Counted from the stretch's first letter, positions 38,779 to 48,189 are shown. The stretch: DNA of 64,000 nucleotides from a virus (IMGVR_UViG_3300007513_000031:8-64007), one strand, 5' to 3'. Notes: generated by a model not told the origin, from the letters alone. Numbers and translations are program-made.

Positions 38779-38997
38779 ATGAGTGTAAGCGGAAAAGTAA
38801 AATGGTTTAACGAAACTAAAGGGTTTGGTTTTATCGCTCGAGACGACAAGGAAAAAGATGTATTCGTTCATGTATCAGCAGTTAGAAACTCTGGTATGAG
38901 TGGCCTAAAAGAAGGTCAAAAGATAACATTTGATGTTGATCTAGCGGCAAAAGGCCCTTGTGCAGTTAACCTAGCAGAACCAAACATAAACAGTTAG
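38779..38997 (+). CDS. cspA: Cold-shock protein
   Basis: GKVKWFNETKGFGFI..DVFVH.SA RNP1/RNP2 motifs. Confidence 0.95.
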   Translation: MSVSGKVKWFNETKGFGFIARDDKEKDVFVHVSAVRNSGMSGLKEGQKITFDVDLAAKGPCAVNLAEPNINS

Positions 38998-39034
38998 TTT
39001 TCTTAACATATTAATAGTATTAAATAGTGTTACT

Positions 39035-40630
39035 ATGGCGTATGTATCATTAGACTCTGAGCAAATTAAAAAAGCTCATAAGAAACACAAATATAATAAA
39101 ACTCAAGTTGATCAACTTGAGAAGTGTATGGATCCTAAAACAGGACCGTTGTTTTTCATGGAAACATTCATGAGAATACAACATCCTACTAAAGGAGAAA
39201 TGGCTTTTCAACCATATCCATATCAAAAAAGATTAATAGAAGCATACAACAATCACAGATTTTCGGTGTCAATGCTACCAAGACAAACAGGAAAAACAAC
39301 CTGTGCATCAGGATACATTATTTGGTATGCTATGTTTCATCCAGATTCACAAATATTAATTGCCGCACACAAATACGCAGGTGCATCAGACATTATGTCT
39401 AGGGTGCGTTATGCTTATGAGATGTTACCTAGTTGGATTAAAGCAGGTGTAACACAGTACAACAGAAACTCAATAGAATTTGATAATGGTTCCAAAATAA
39501 TGGCAACTACTACAACTGAAAATACTGGACGGGGTTTGTCCTTAACAATGATATATTGTGATGAGTTTGCGTTCGTGCAACCACCAGAGAAAGCAAAAGA
39601 ATTTTGGACTTCACTATCTCCTACATTGTCAACTGGAGGTAAATGTATGATTACTTCAACTCCAAACAGTGATGAAGATCAGTTTGCATTAATTTGGAAA
39701 GAGGCAAATAAAAAATTTGACGAATATGGCAATGATCAAATTGTAGGAACTAACGGTTTCTATGCCATGAAAGCACACTGGTCTGAACATCCTGATAGAG
39801 ATGACGAATGGGCAAATACAGAAAAAGCTAGAATAGGTGAAGAAAGATTTAGAAGGGAACACGAATGTGAATTCTTAATCTTTGATGAAACTTTAATTAA
39901 CAGTATAACCTTAGCAGAAATGGAAAGTACAGCACCAATAGAAAAAACAGGACAAGTACGTTGGTTTAAAAGGCCAACACCTGGAATGACTTACATGGTA
40001 TCACTTGATCCAGCTATGGGAACAGGCGGTGACTATGCGGCTATACAAGTATTTGAATTGCCTACATTTGAACAAGTTGCTGAATGGCATCATAATACAA
40101 CACCAATGAATCAACAAATAAGAATTTTACAAGGAATTAACAAGTACATTCACGATACTATAATAGAAAAAGATTCAACAGCAACACCACAAATTTTTTA
40201 TTCAATGGAAAACAATACTATTGGTGAAGCGGCATTAATGAGAGTAATGGACATAGGTGAAGAAAACATTATGGGTATGTTTTTATCAGAACCTATAAGA
40301 AAAGGACATAGAAGAAAATTTAGAAGAGGGTTCAATACTACTGCTAAATTTAAAATAGACGCTTGTACTAAATTTAAAGAACTTGTAGAAAGTGGTAAAA
40401 TGAAAATTTGTTCTAACTTGCTTATATCTGAATTAAAAGACTTTGTTGCAACAGGTATGAGTTATAAAGGAAAGCCTGGACAGCACGACGACTTGGTTAG
40501 TGCTTGTTTATTAATGACACGTATGATGAAAGTACTAGCAGATTTTGATCCTAAAATATTTGAAAAATGGACTGATAGAACTTCTGAATGGACAGCTCCA
40601 ATGCCTATATTTGCAAACCTGTACGGTTAA
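39035..40630 (+). CDS. gp17: Terminase large subunit (gp17-like)
   Basis: PRQTGKTT Walker A, YCDEFAF Walker B, TSTPN, DPAMGTGGDY, HDDLV. Confidence 0.96.
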   Translation: MAYVSLDSEQIKKAHKKHKYNKTQVDQLEKCMDPKTGPLFFMETFMRIQHPTKGEMAFQPYPYQKRLIEAYNNHRFSVSMLPRQTGKTTCASGYIIWYAMFHPDSQILIAAHKYAGASDIMSRVRYAYEMLPSWIKAGVTQYNRNSIEFDNGSKIMATTTTENTGRGLSLTMIYCDEFAFVQPPEKAKEFWTSLSPTLSTGGKCMITSTPNSDEDQFALIWKEANKKFDEYGNDQIVGTNGFYAMKAHWSEHPDRDDEWANTEKARIGEERFRREHECEFLIFDETLINSITLAEMESTAPIEKTGQVRWFKRPTPGMTYMVSLDPAMGTGGDYAAIQVFELPTFEQVAEWHHNTTPMNQQIRILQGINKYIHDTIIEKDSTATPQIFYSMENNTIGEAALMRVMDIGEENIMGMFLSEPIRKGHRRKFRRGFNTTAKFKIDACTKFKELVESGKMKICSNLLISELKDFVATGMSYKGKPGQHDDLVSACLLMTRMMKVLADFDPKIFEKWTDRTSEWTAPMPIFANLYG

Positions 40631-40672
40631 TTTAAAATATTTTTTCCATATTTTTTACCAATAAGTATCAAT

Positions 40673-42241
40673 ATGAAAGTACTTTGTTTTGGCGATAATA
40701 CATCAAAAGAAGCATGGGCACATAAATTATCAAAAAATTTTGCAGAAAAAAATAAACTAACTTTTCGTGGTATGTTTAATAATAATACTAAAGAAATTTT
40801 AGACGGTTGCTATCATACAAGCACTCATGAATTATCTACTAAAAAAATAATAGAATCAAAAAAGAACTTTAATCAATTTATAATTTTAGATCAACCACAA
40901 GAAAGATATTCGCACCATAGTTTATTTCAAAGAATGTTTCAACTAATACAGTTTTTTCGAGAAAAAAATATTGAATTTACAATGTTAAATCCAAAAAATT
41001 TTGAAATAATCGAATATTGGACAAATTTGTTGACTACTAATAGAAGTTTTTGTTTAAGACCGTGGATCACATATGCAAGTTTTAATGGATACCGTAGATC
41101 TTGTGAAAGGGGTGAATCTGCTTTAAAGCCATTAATCAAAAGCACAGACAAAATAGATTGGCAGAATAATGAAGCCTTTAATAATTTAAGAAGTAGAATG
41201 TTAAAAGGATTACCAAACGAAGAGAACTGTGGGTGGTGCATTATGCACGAAAAATTCGGGTCTCACCTAACTACAAGATGGCACGATACTTTACAATGGG
41301 CGACAAAATTAAAATTAAAAAATATAAATGATTTAAAAAAATTTACAAGTCCGGTTTATTATGAGATTAGACCTGGAAACAAATGCAACATAATGTGCAG
41401 ATCATGTACTCCCGGATTTAGTTCATTAATCGAAGAAGAATATAAAAATATAGATCATCCATATTTTAAAAAATATTATGAAAAACAAAAACGTGGTTAT
41501 GATTCTTTTGACGTTGTGGATTTAGATACAGCAAAAACAATATATGTTACTGGAGGTGAGCCAACAATAAATGCTGAATTTTATGCCTTTTTAAGAAAAT
41601 GTATTAAAGAAAATAAAACAAATTTTAATTTAAGAATAAATTCAAACTTTATGAAAATAAGCAATCCTATAAGAGAATTATTCAAACATTTTAATGATAT
41701 TGGATTTACAGTAAGTATTGATGGTACACCAAAAGTGACTGAATATATTAGATGGAAAACGGTTCAAGAACAAGTAGAAAAAAATATTTACTTACTAAAA
41801 AATGATGGACATGAAATGGCCTGCATTAGTGTCGTAAGCATATACAATATTACCACTATAGGTGAGACTCTTGAATATTTAGAAACAAAGTTTCCATTTT
41901 TTACAGTGCAATTAAATTATGGTGGACATCGTGGCGATATATTAAACTGTTTTAATCATCCAAACAAAGATATGGTAATTGCAAGTTTGGAAAAAGCACG
42001 TAAATCTAAAATTTATTATGACAACGAAAGAGATACAAAATCTTTACTAGATTCTTTATACAAGCACTATACTAGTGATTATAAAGTTGATTACGACAAA
42101 CTAAAGAAATTTTTTGAATATAACGATATATTAGACAAAAGTAGAGGTTCAAAATTAGGCGATTATATACCCGAATTAGAAGCCTGTAGAAAACTTATAA
42201 ATACACAATATGAACCCAAAAACGTCACAAGACCTTTTTAA
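40673..42241 (+). CDS. Radical SAM protein with N-terminal twitch-like Cys cluster
   Basis: FCLRPW..SC..CGWC followed by CNIMCRSC, TGGEPT, SIDG. Confidence 0.9.
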   Translation: MKVLCFGDNTSKEAWAHKLSKNFAEKNKLTFRGMFNNNTKEILDGCYHTSTHELSTKKIIESKKNFNQFIILDQPQERYSHHSLFQRMFQLIQFFREKNIEFTMLNPKNFEIIEYWTNLLTTNRSFCLRPWITYASFNGYRRSCERGESALKPLIKSTDKIDWQNNEAFNNLRSRMLKGLPNEENCGWCIMHEKFGSHLTTRWHDTLQWATKLKLKNINDLKKFTSPVYYEIRPGNKCNIMCRSCTPGFSSLIEEEYKNIDHPYFKKYYEKQKRGYDSFDVVDLDTAKTIYVTGGEPTINAEFYAFLRKCIKENKTNFNLRINSNFMKISNPIRELFKHFNDIGFTVSIDGTPKVTEYIRWKTVQEQVEKNIYLLKNDGHEMACISVVSIYNITTIGETLEYLETKFPFFTVQLNYGGHRGDILNCFNHPNKDMVIASLEKARKSKIYYDNERDTKSLLDSLYKHYTSDYKVDYDKLKKFFEYNDILDKSRGSKLGDYIPELEACRKLINTQYEPKNVTRPF

Positions 42242-44573
42242 TAAAATTAGATCACAATTCTCAAACATACAAGTAGGAGATGAAAATGGTGTTCCTACAG
42301 CTGATCCAAGCAGTGCAGTATTTTTTGAATTTGAATTTAAAGAAGATGCTGACACATTTGGAGCCGTAAGTGTTAGTTTAGCTGACGGTGAGAACATGAA
42401 AGTATTTTACAACCGTAATTTAATAGACAAAATAGACGAAGATAGCAAGGACGAATGGTATGCATTTTTAAAAGAACTAAAAGACTTTGCAGTAGAGCAT
42501 CAATTAGCATTTGATGTAAGGGATATTACTAAATCAAACCTAACAAAACAGGATTATAAGAACCTAGCAGATACGAACACAACGGTAAATACTGATGAGA
42601 TGTCAGAAGAACTAAACAGAATTACAAATTTAGCAGGCGTGAAAGAAGAACCAGTGGATCGAGGAGCACCAGCCGACAAAGGAAGACCAGCCGAGCCAGA
42701 AGCAGGATTAACTGGGGGCGTGGCACCAACAACTATTGCAAAACAGTTTCCTGGCGTAGATGACAAATCATCATTAGTACGAGCAGTTACAAAAATGAAA
42801 TCAGGAGAATCTAATTACACTCGTGATGAAATAACTGCGGCCGCTGATGCTTTTAAAGAAATACTTGCTAAAGATCCAAAAGAAACTTCAAGATTAATGA
42901 CAATGCTTAAAGGGGTAGCACAAAAAGCAAATCCTTTTAATCATCCAGATGATTGGGTAGGACATGGAATGATGAAAAACAAAGCCGCAAATGCCAAGGG
43001 TAAAGGAAGAGGAACTCCCGATAGTAGAAGAGGAACTATATGGGGAACTGAATCAGCTAATGAACTAGACAAAATTACTAAACTAGCAGGTGTTTCAGAA
43101 GGCCTAACAGGCACAGCAAGAAGATCATACGAAGACTTAGAAAAAACAAGATTAATAGTTAGACACTCAGGCAAAGTAGATGAAGAAATTCCTGGCTCTA
43201 GATCAAGACATATTGAATCATTATACATTGAAAACGAAGATGGTGAAAGATTTAAGTATCCATTAACACACCTAGCAGGTGCAAGAGCTATGCAAAGACA
43301 CGTTGCTAACGGTGGAAGACCACATGATGAATTTGGCGAACACATTGTTAAAACATCAGAAGATATTGCAAAATTAAATTCATTTTCAAGATACGTTTCT
43401 CATAAAGATCAATTAAACGATAATGCAGGTGATATTATAGAAAAAACAAAATTACAATTAGAAAATTTAAGAGAATATATAAGAAATATATCAAAACAAC
43501 CTCATTACGAAGCGGCATCTAAAGACTTTAAAACATCAGAAGAAATTGTTTTAGACGACGAAACTATTGCTAAATTAAGAGAAAAATTTACACTTAAAAA
43601 TTTAGACAACAGAGTAGAAGATGCACTTCCACTTATTAACAAAATTATGAGTGAGTTAGAAGCACCAAAAGAGGAACAACCAGTAACAGAATTAGACCCA
43701 GGTGAAGAACCAATTGATGCTCCAGTTGAGCCAGCAGTTGACCACGCAATGATTGTTAAACAGTTTTTAGCAAACCCAGACAGCAAAATATTGCTTAATA
43801 AAAATATGCCTGATGAGAAAAAATTTGATGTTCCAAAAGCGTCACCAGAAGATGCAAGAATTATGACAACACTTTCAGATATTGCGTCTAGAATGCTAAC
43901 AAAAACTCCTGATGAGGACAGAGTGGCAAACTTTGCTTCTAGAGTAGCAGATCAAATGAGCAAAACTGGAATGCCTTTTGATCCTGAAGATCCAGATGCT
44001 AATAAAAATAGAGATATTGCAAAAGCATTAGTAGCAAAATACGACAAAGCATCTCAAGAAATTGATCCAGGAGATTTTAATCCTAAAAAACATCCTAAAC
44101 TAGACAAAAGAGCAAGAGGCGAAACAGCAGAATTTGAAGATTGGGTTAACAATACAGTTAATCCTAAAGAAAGTATGCCAGATATGGAAGATGGCCGAGC
44201 ACAAGTAGCTCAAGATATGTGGAATAAAAATAAAGATTTACAAGCACAATATAAAACTTGGCAAGACTTTTTGAATTCAGAAGACTTCGAAGAATATGTA
44301 GGTCATATAATGAGCAAATATGATTGGGAAGCCGCTGAAGGAATAAAATTTGAAGATATTAAACCTTTTATTGAACAACATTTAAAAGAAGGCGGTGACA
44401 AAACTACTGCAATTAAAACTGCAATTGAAAATTTTAATGCAGATAAATTAAAAGAATCTAGAGGTAAAATAGTAGAATCAATTAAAGCCAAAGCAGACGG
44501 CCATGCACAAGACATCGCAGGCATTGAAGGCGAAGTTGAAAGAATATCTCAACTAGCAAATTACCAACAATAA
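42210..44573 (+). CDS. Large acidic virion/head protein
   Basis: TATAAATA promoter; three I-x-x-L-A-(G/N) motifs like the scaffold C-terminus. Confidence 0.6.
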   Translation: MNPKTSQDLFNKIRSQFSNIQVGDENGVPTADPSSAVFFEFEFKEDADTFGAVSVSLADGENMKVFYNRNLIDKIDEDSKDEWYAFLKELKDFAVEHQLAFDVRDITKSNLTKQDYKNLADTNTTVNTDEMSEELNRITNLAGVKEEPVDRGAPADKGRPAEPEAGLTGGVAPTTIAKQFPGVDDKSSLVRAVTKMKSGESNYTRDEITAAADAFKEILAKDPKETSRLMTMLKGVAQKANPFNHPDDWVGHGMMKNKAANAKGKGRGTPDSRRGTIWGTESANELDKITKLAGVSEGLTGTARRSYEDLEKTRLIVRHSGKVDEEIPGSRSRHIESLYIENEDGERFKYPLTHLAGARAMQRHVANGGRPHDEFGEHIVKTSEDIAKLNSFSRYVSHKDQLNDNAGDIIEKTKLQLENLREYIRNISKQPHYEAASKDFKTSEEIVLDDETIAKLREKFTLKNLDNRVEDALPLINKIMSELEAPKEEQPVTELDPGEEPIDAPVEPAVDHAMIVKQFLANPDSKILLNKNMPDEKKFDVPKASPEDARIMTTLSDIASRMLTKTPDEDRVANFASRVADQMSKTGMPFDPEDPDANKNRDIAKALVAKYDKASQEIDPGDFNPKKHPKLDKRARGETAEFEDWVNNTVNPKESMPDMEDGRAQVAQDMWNKNKDLQAQYKTWQDFLNSEDFEEYVGHIMSKYDWEAAEGIKFEDIKPFIEQHLKEGGDKTTAIKTAIENFNADKLKESRGKIVESIKAKADGHAQDIAGIEGEVERISQLANYQQ

Positions 44574-44594
44574 CACTTTTTCCAATAATAGTAG

Positions 44595-44623
44595 TAGACA
44601 ATAGATAAATATAGTTGTATATT
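44595..44623 (+). promoter_or_regulatory. Overlapping sigma70-like and late promoters of gene 32
   Basis: TAGACA-N17-TATATT with ATAAATA inside the spacer. Confidence 0.6.
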
Positions 44624-44689
44624 ATGTACTATATGTCTAATATACATTTAGGCAAACAACAAACATAGGCACACAAGGAGGCTTACATT

Positions 44690-45673
44690 ATGGCTACATT
44701 GGCTGAAATAAGAGCGAAGTTAAAATCTCAAGAAGTGAATCGCTCCACTTCATCAACAGGCGGAGACAACGCCATCTATCCACACTGGAATATAAACGAA
44801 GGCTCAGAAGCAGTCGTTAGATTCTTACCTGACAAAGATCAAGGTAATACTTTTTTCTGGACAGAGAGAAACATGATCAAACTACCTTTTGCAGGTATTA
44901 AAGGTCAAAGTGATTCTAGACCAATCCAGGTACAAGTACCATGTATGGAGATGTACGGAAAAACTTGTCCAGTTCTAACAGAAGTTAGACCATGGTTTAA
45001 AGATAAAAGTATGGAAGACATGGGCAGAAAATATTGGAAAAAGAAAAGTTATATTTTCCAAGGTTTTGTTGTAACTAATCCGTTAAACGAAGATACAGTA
45101 CCAGAGAATCCAATTAGAAGATTTATTATTGGACCTCAAATTTTTAACATTATTAGATCGGCGTTACTTGATCCGGAAATGGAAGAGTTACCAACTGATT
45201 ATGTAAAAGGTGTTGACTTTAGAATTAATAAAACAACTAAAGGTGGATACGCTGACTACTCAACGTCAAAATGGTCAAGAAGAGAACGTGCTCTAGACGA
45301 AACAGAAAGAGCAAATATTGATAAATTTGGATTACATAATTTATCAGACTATAGACCAAAAGAACCATCAGATGCAGAAGTTAAAATAATTAAGGAATTA
45401 TTTGAAAAATCTGTTGAAGGTGAATCTTATGATCTTGAGAAGTATGGGCAATACTTTAGACCTGCAGGCATAGGTGCTAGACAAGTGTCTGTACCAACAG
45501 CAAGTAGACCTGCACCAGTTGAGAAGACTGCTGATCCGGTAAATGCTGAAGTAAAAGCTGAAGCACAACCAACACCAGCGGCTCAACCAACACCAGCGGC
45601 TCAGCCTGCAGGTGATAGTGCCAAAAGAGCAGAGGATATTTTGAAATTAATTAGATCAAGACAAGCAAAATAA
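44690..45673 (+). CDS. gp32: Single-stranded DNA-binding protein (gp32-like)
   Basis: AVVRFLPD, CPV, KYWKKKSY, G.DFRI.K..KGGYADYSTSKW. Confidence 0.92.
   Translation: MATLAEIRAKLKSQEVNRSTSSTGGDNAIYPHWNINEGSEAVVRFLPDKDQGNTFFWTERNMIKLPFAGIKGQSDSRPIQVQVPCMEMYGKTCPVLTEVRPWFKDKSMEDMGRKYWKKKSYIFQGFVVTNPLNEDTVPENPIRRFIIGPQIFNIIRSALLDPEMEELPTDYVKGVDFRINKTTKGGYADYSTSKWSRRERALDETERANIDKFGLHNLSDYRPKEPSDAEVKIIKELFEKSVEGESYDLEKYGQYFRPAGIGARQVSVPTASRPAPVEKTADPVNAEVKAEAQPTPAAQPTPAAQPAGDSAKRAEDILKLIRSRQAK
45563..45607 (+). repeat. 18-bp tandem repeat encoding AQPTPA
   Basis: gc(a/t)caaccaacaccagcg x2 plus a partial third copy. Confidence 0.85.
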
Positions 45674-45685
45674 TCTGACATTTAC

Positions 45686-45728
45686 CAAGGCCTTAATTGT
45701 TGACAGTTAAGGCCTTGTGTATTATAAT
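45686..45728 (+). promoter_or_regulatory. Consensus sigma70 promoter embedded in an inverted repeat
   Basis: TTGACA(45700-05)-N17-TATAAT(45723-28); hairpin caaggccttaattg/cagttaaggccttg. Confidence 0.85.
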
Positions 45729-45737
45729 AAGGATATT

Positions 45738-45836
45738 ATGAAAACAGAAATTAAAAAAATTATAGATTGGGTATTATACAAACAAGTACCTGCTTGGGTA
45801 TTAATTGTATTAGTTATCCTTTGGATTTTGTTATAA
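45738..45836 (+). CDS. 32-aa membrane peptide MKTEIKKIIDWVLYKQVPAWVLIVLVILWILL (not in ORF track)
   Basis: SD AAGGA; first ORF after the promoter; hydrophobic C-terminal helix. Confidence 0.6.
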   Translation: MKTEIKKIIDWVLYKQVPAWVLIVLVILWILL

Positions 45837-45839
45837 AAA

Positions 45840-46895
45840 ATGACAAAACCATTTGACGTAACAAAATTTAGAAAAAATATAACAAAGTCTATATCAGGAC
45901 TTGGCATAGGATTCAACGATCCAACTGATTGGATTTCTACAGGAAACTATGCATTAAATTATTTAATAAGTGGTGACTTTAACAAAGGTGTTCCATTAGG
46001 CAAAGTAACAGTATTAGCAGGTGAATCGGGATCGGGTAAATCTTTTGTAGCATCTGGCAATTTGGTACGTAATGCACAAAAGCAAGGCATTTATGTAATA
46101 CTAATTGACACTGAAAATGCACTAGACCAATCGTGGTTAGAAGCACTTGGCGTAGATACTGACGAAAAGAAACTATTAAGATTAAGTTTATCCATGGTAG
46201 ACGATGTTGCAAGAACAGTTTCAGATTTCATGAAGGGTTACAAAGATGAACATGGCGAAGATAAAGAGAACGCACCTAAAGTACTAATTGTAATTGATAG
46301 TTTAGGTATGTTACTAACACCAACTGACGTAGATCAATTTGAAAAAGGCGAAATGAAAGGTGACTTAGGTAGAAAACCTAAAGCCTTAACAGCACTTGTA
46401 AGGAACTGTGTTAATATGTTTGGTAGTTGGAACGTAGGACTTATAGCAACTAATCACACATACGCATCACAAGATATGTTTGATCCTGATGATAAAATAT
46501 CGGGCGGACAAGGATTTATATATGCAAGTTCAATTGTGATTGCAATGAAAAAATTAAAACTTAAAGAAGACGAAAAAGGTAATAAAGTTACAGACATAAG
46601 AGGAATTAGAGCGGCTTGTAAAGTAATGAAAACACGTTTTTCAAAACCATTTGAATCAGTACAAGTAAAAATTCCATACGAGACAGGAATGGATCCTTAT
46701 AGTGGATTAGTAGACTTATTTGAGAAAAAAGGTGTACTAACACAACAAGGAAATAGGTTAAAATACGTAGATAGTGCTAAGAAGGAGCATATTGAGTTCA
46801 GAAAAGCCTGGGTCGGAGATAAATTAATGATGTTGATGAAAGATTTTGATAAATTATCAACAACAACCGAACCTAAGGAAAACAATAATGTCTGA
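45840..46895 (+). CDS. uvsX: RecA-like recombinase UvsX
   Basis: AGESGSGKS, IDTENA, VIDSLG, TNHTY, SGGQG..YASS, KTRF.KP. Confidence 0.95.
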   Translation: MTKPFDVTKFRKNITKSISGLGIGFNDPTDWISTGNYALNYLISGDFNKGVPLGKVTVLAGESGSGKSFVASGNLVRNAQKQGIYVILIDTENALDQSWLEALGVDTDEKKLLRLSLSMVDDVARTVSDFMKGYKDEHGEDKENAPKVLIVIDSLGMLLTPTDVDQFEKGEMKGDLGRKPKALTALVRNCVNMFGSWNVGLIATNHTYASQDMFDPDDKISGGQGFIYASSIVIAMKKLKLKEDEKGNKVTDIRGIRAACKVMKTRFSKPFESVQVKIPYETGMDPYSGLVDLFEKKGVLTQQGNRLKYVDSAKKEHIEFRKAWVGDKLMMLMKDFDKLSTTTEPKENNNV

Positions 46896-47121
46896 CATGA
46901 CCCATGAAAATATCGAACGCATATGGAACTCACTACTACATTATCTACCAGAAAGAACTAAATCAGACGCGGCAATTGACTTTGTAAAAAGTTTAGAAGA
47001 TATAGGTGTTGATGAAGATGAAATTAAAGCATCTGCAGAATATGACCCTAAACTAGAACAAGCAATTAATTCTGTGTTTGAGGACCAAGAAGAAGATGAT
47101 GATTATGATAGTGAGGAATAA
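46888..47121 (+). CDS. Small acidic hypothetical protein
   Basis: ORF between uvsX and uvsY; SD AAGGA before ATG 46888. Confidence 0.6.
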   Translation: MSDMTHENIERIWNSLLHYLPERTKSDAAIDFVKSLEDIGVDEDEIKASAEYDPKLEQAINSVFEDQEEDDDYDSEE

Positions 47122-47579
47122 TGAATTGGTATAACGAAGTAAGTAGAAATTTAGATAAAATTCCCGATTGTATCAATTATTTTGATACAGAATTATTACA
47201 AGCAAAAAAAGAAATTAAAATATTTGGTAGTCTTGAGAAAGCAAGTGCTTCTTTACCAGGTATTGTTGAGCAAAGATTTTCACAATTACAACAACTAGAA
47301 GCAATATTAGAGTATCTTAATATAGAATTAAGACGTATAAGATCAAAAGCATTTATAAAATACTTTGAACATTACAATAGAGCATTGAATAGTAGAGAAG
47401 CAGAAAAATATGTTGACGGTGAAACAGAAGTAATTGATTATCAAAAACTTATAAATGACTTTGCTTTAGTAAGAAACCAATGGCTAGGCATTACCAAAGG
47501 GCTCGACCAAAAACAGTGGCAAATAACAAACATTGTTAAACTACGAGTAGCAGGTATGGAAGATGCCACAATCAAATAG
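47121..47579 (+). CDS. uvsY: Recombination mediator UvsY
   Basis: Helical; YVDGE..V..; K.LDQKQWQITNIVKLR.AG; follows uvsX. Confidence 0.85.
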   Translation: MNWYNEVSRNLDKIPDCINYFDTELLQAKKEIKIFGSLEKASASLPGIVEQRFSQLQQLEAILEYLNIELRRIRSKAFIKYFEHYNRALNSREAEKYVDGETEVIDYQKLINDFALVRNQWLGITKGLDQKQWQITNIVKLRVAGMEDATIK

Positions 47580-48189
47580 AATAATCCTTACTGACGTAGA
47601 CGGCGTATTACTAGAATGGGAACACCATTTTACTAAATGGATGTTACAGCGAACACTCTTTGATAAAAAAGGAAATAGATATCACCCATATAGATTGTTA
47701 GAAGACAAAAAAAACACTTACGAAATGGCAGAGCGTTTTGGTGTTACTATTCCAGAAATTAGAAAAGAGATTAGAGAATTTAACAGAAGTGCTTGGATGG
47801 GAACACAACGGCCTATGACAGATTCACAAACTTGGGTTAAACTACTACATGCAGAAGGTTGGACATTTATACCAATTACTTCACAAACATCTGACAAGCC
47901 AGCACAAGAATTACGTAAAAGACGACTTGGAGAATTGTTTGGGGATCATGTTTTTTCAAACTACCACATATTAGGTACAGGAGCAGACAAAGATTCAGCA
48001 TTAGCAGAGTTTCACAACACCGGACTGTATTGGGTCGAGGACAAGCCTAAGAACGCTTTAGCCGGGCTCAATTACGGTTTAAAGGTGTTATTATACGACC
48101 GTCCATATAACCGAGACTTCAACCACCCTGAGATTACCAGAGTAAATAACTGGAAAGACATACACCAAATTTTATCAGGAAGAAAATGA
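47563..48189 (+). CDS. HAD-family 5'(3')-deoxyribonucleotidase
   Basis: LTDVDGVL, WVEDKPKN, RVNNW motifs. Confidence 0.85.
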   Translation: MPQSNRIILTDVDGVLLEWEHHFTKWMLQRTLFDKKGNRYHPYRLLEDKKNTYEMAERFGVTIPEIRKEIREFNRSAWMGTQRPMTDSQTWVKLLHAEGWTFIPITSQTSDKPAQELRKRRLGELFGDHVFSNYHILGTGADKDSALAEFHNTGLYWVEDKPKNALAGLNYGLKVLLYDRPYNRDFNHPEITRVNNWKDIHQILSGRK

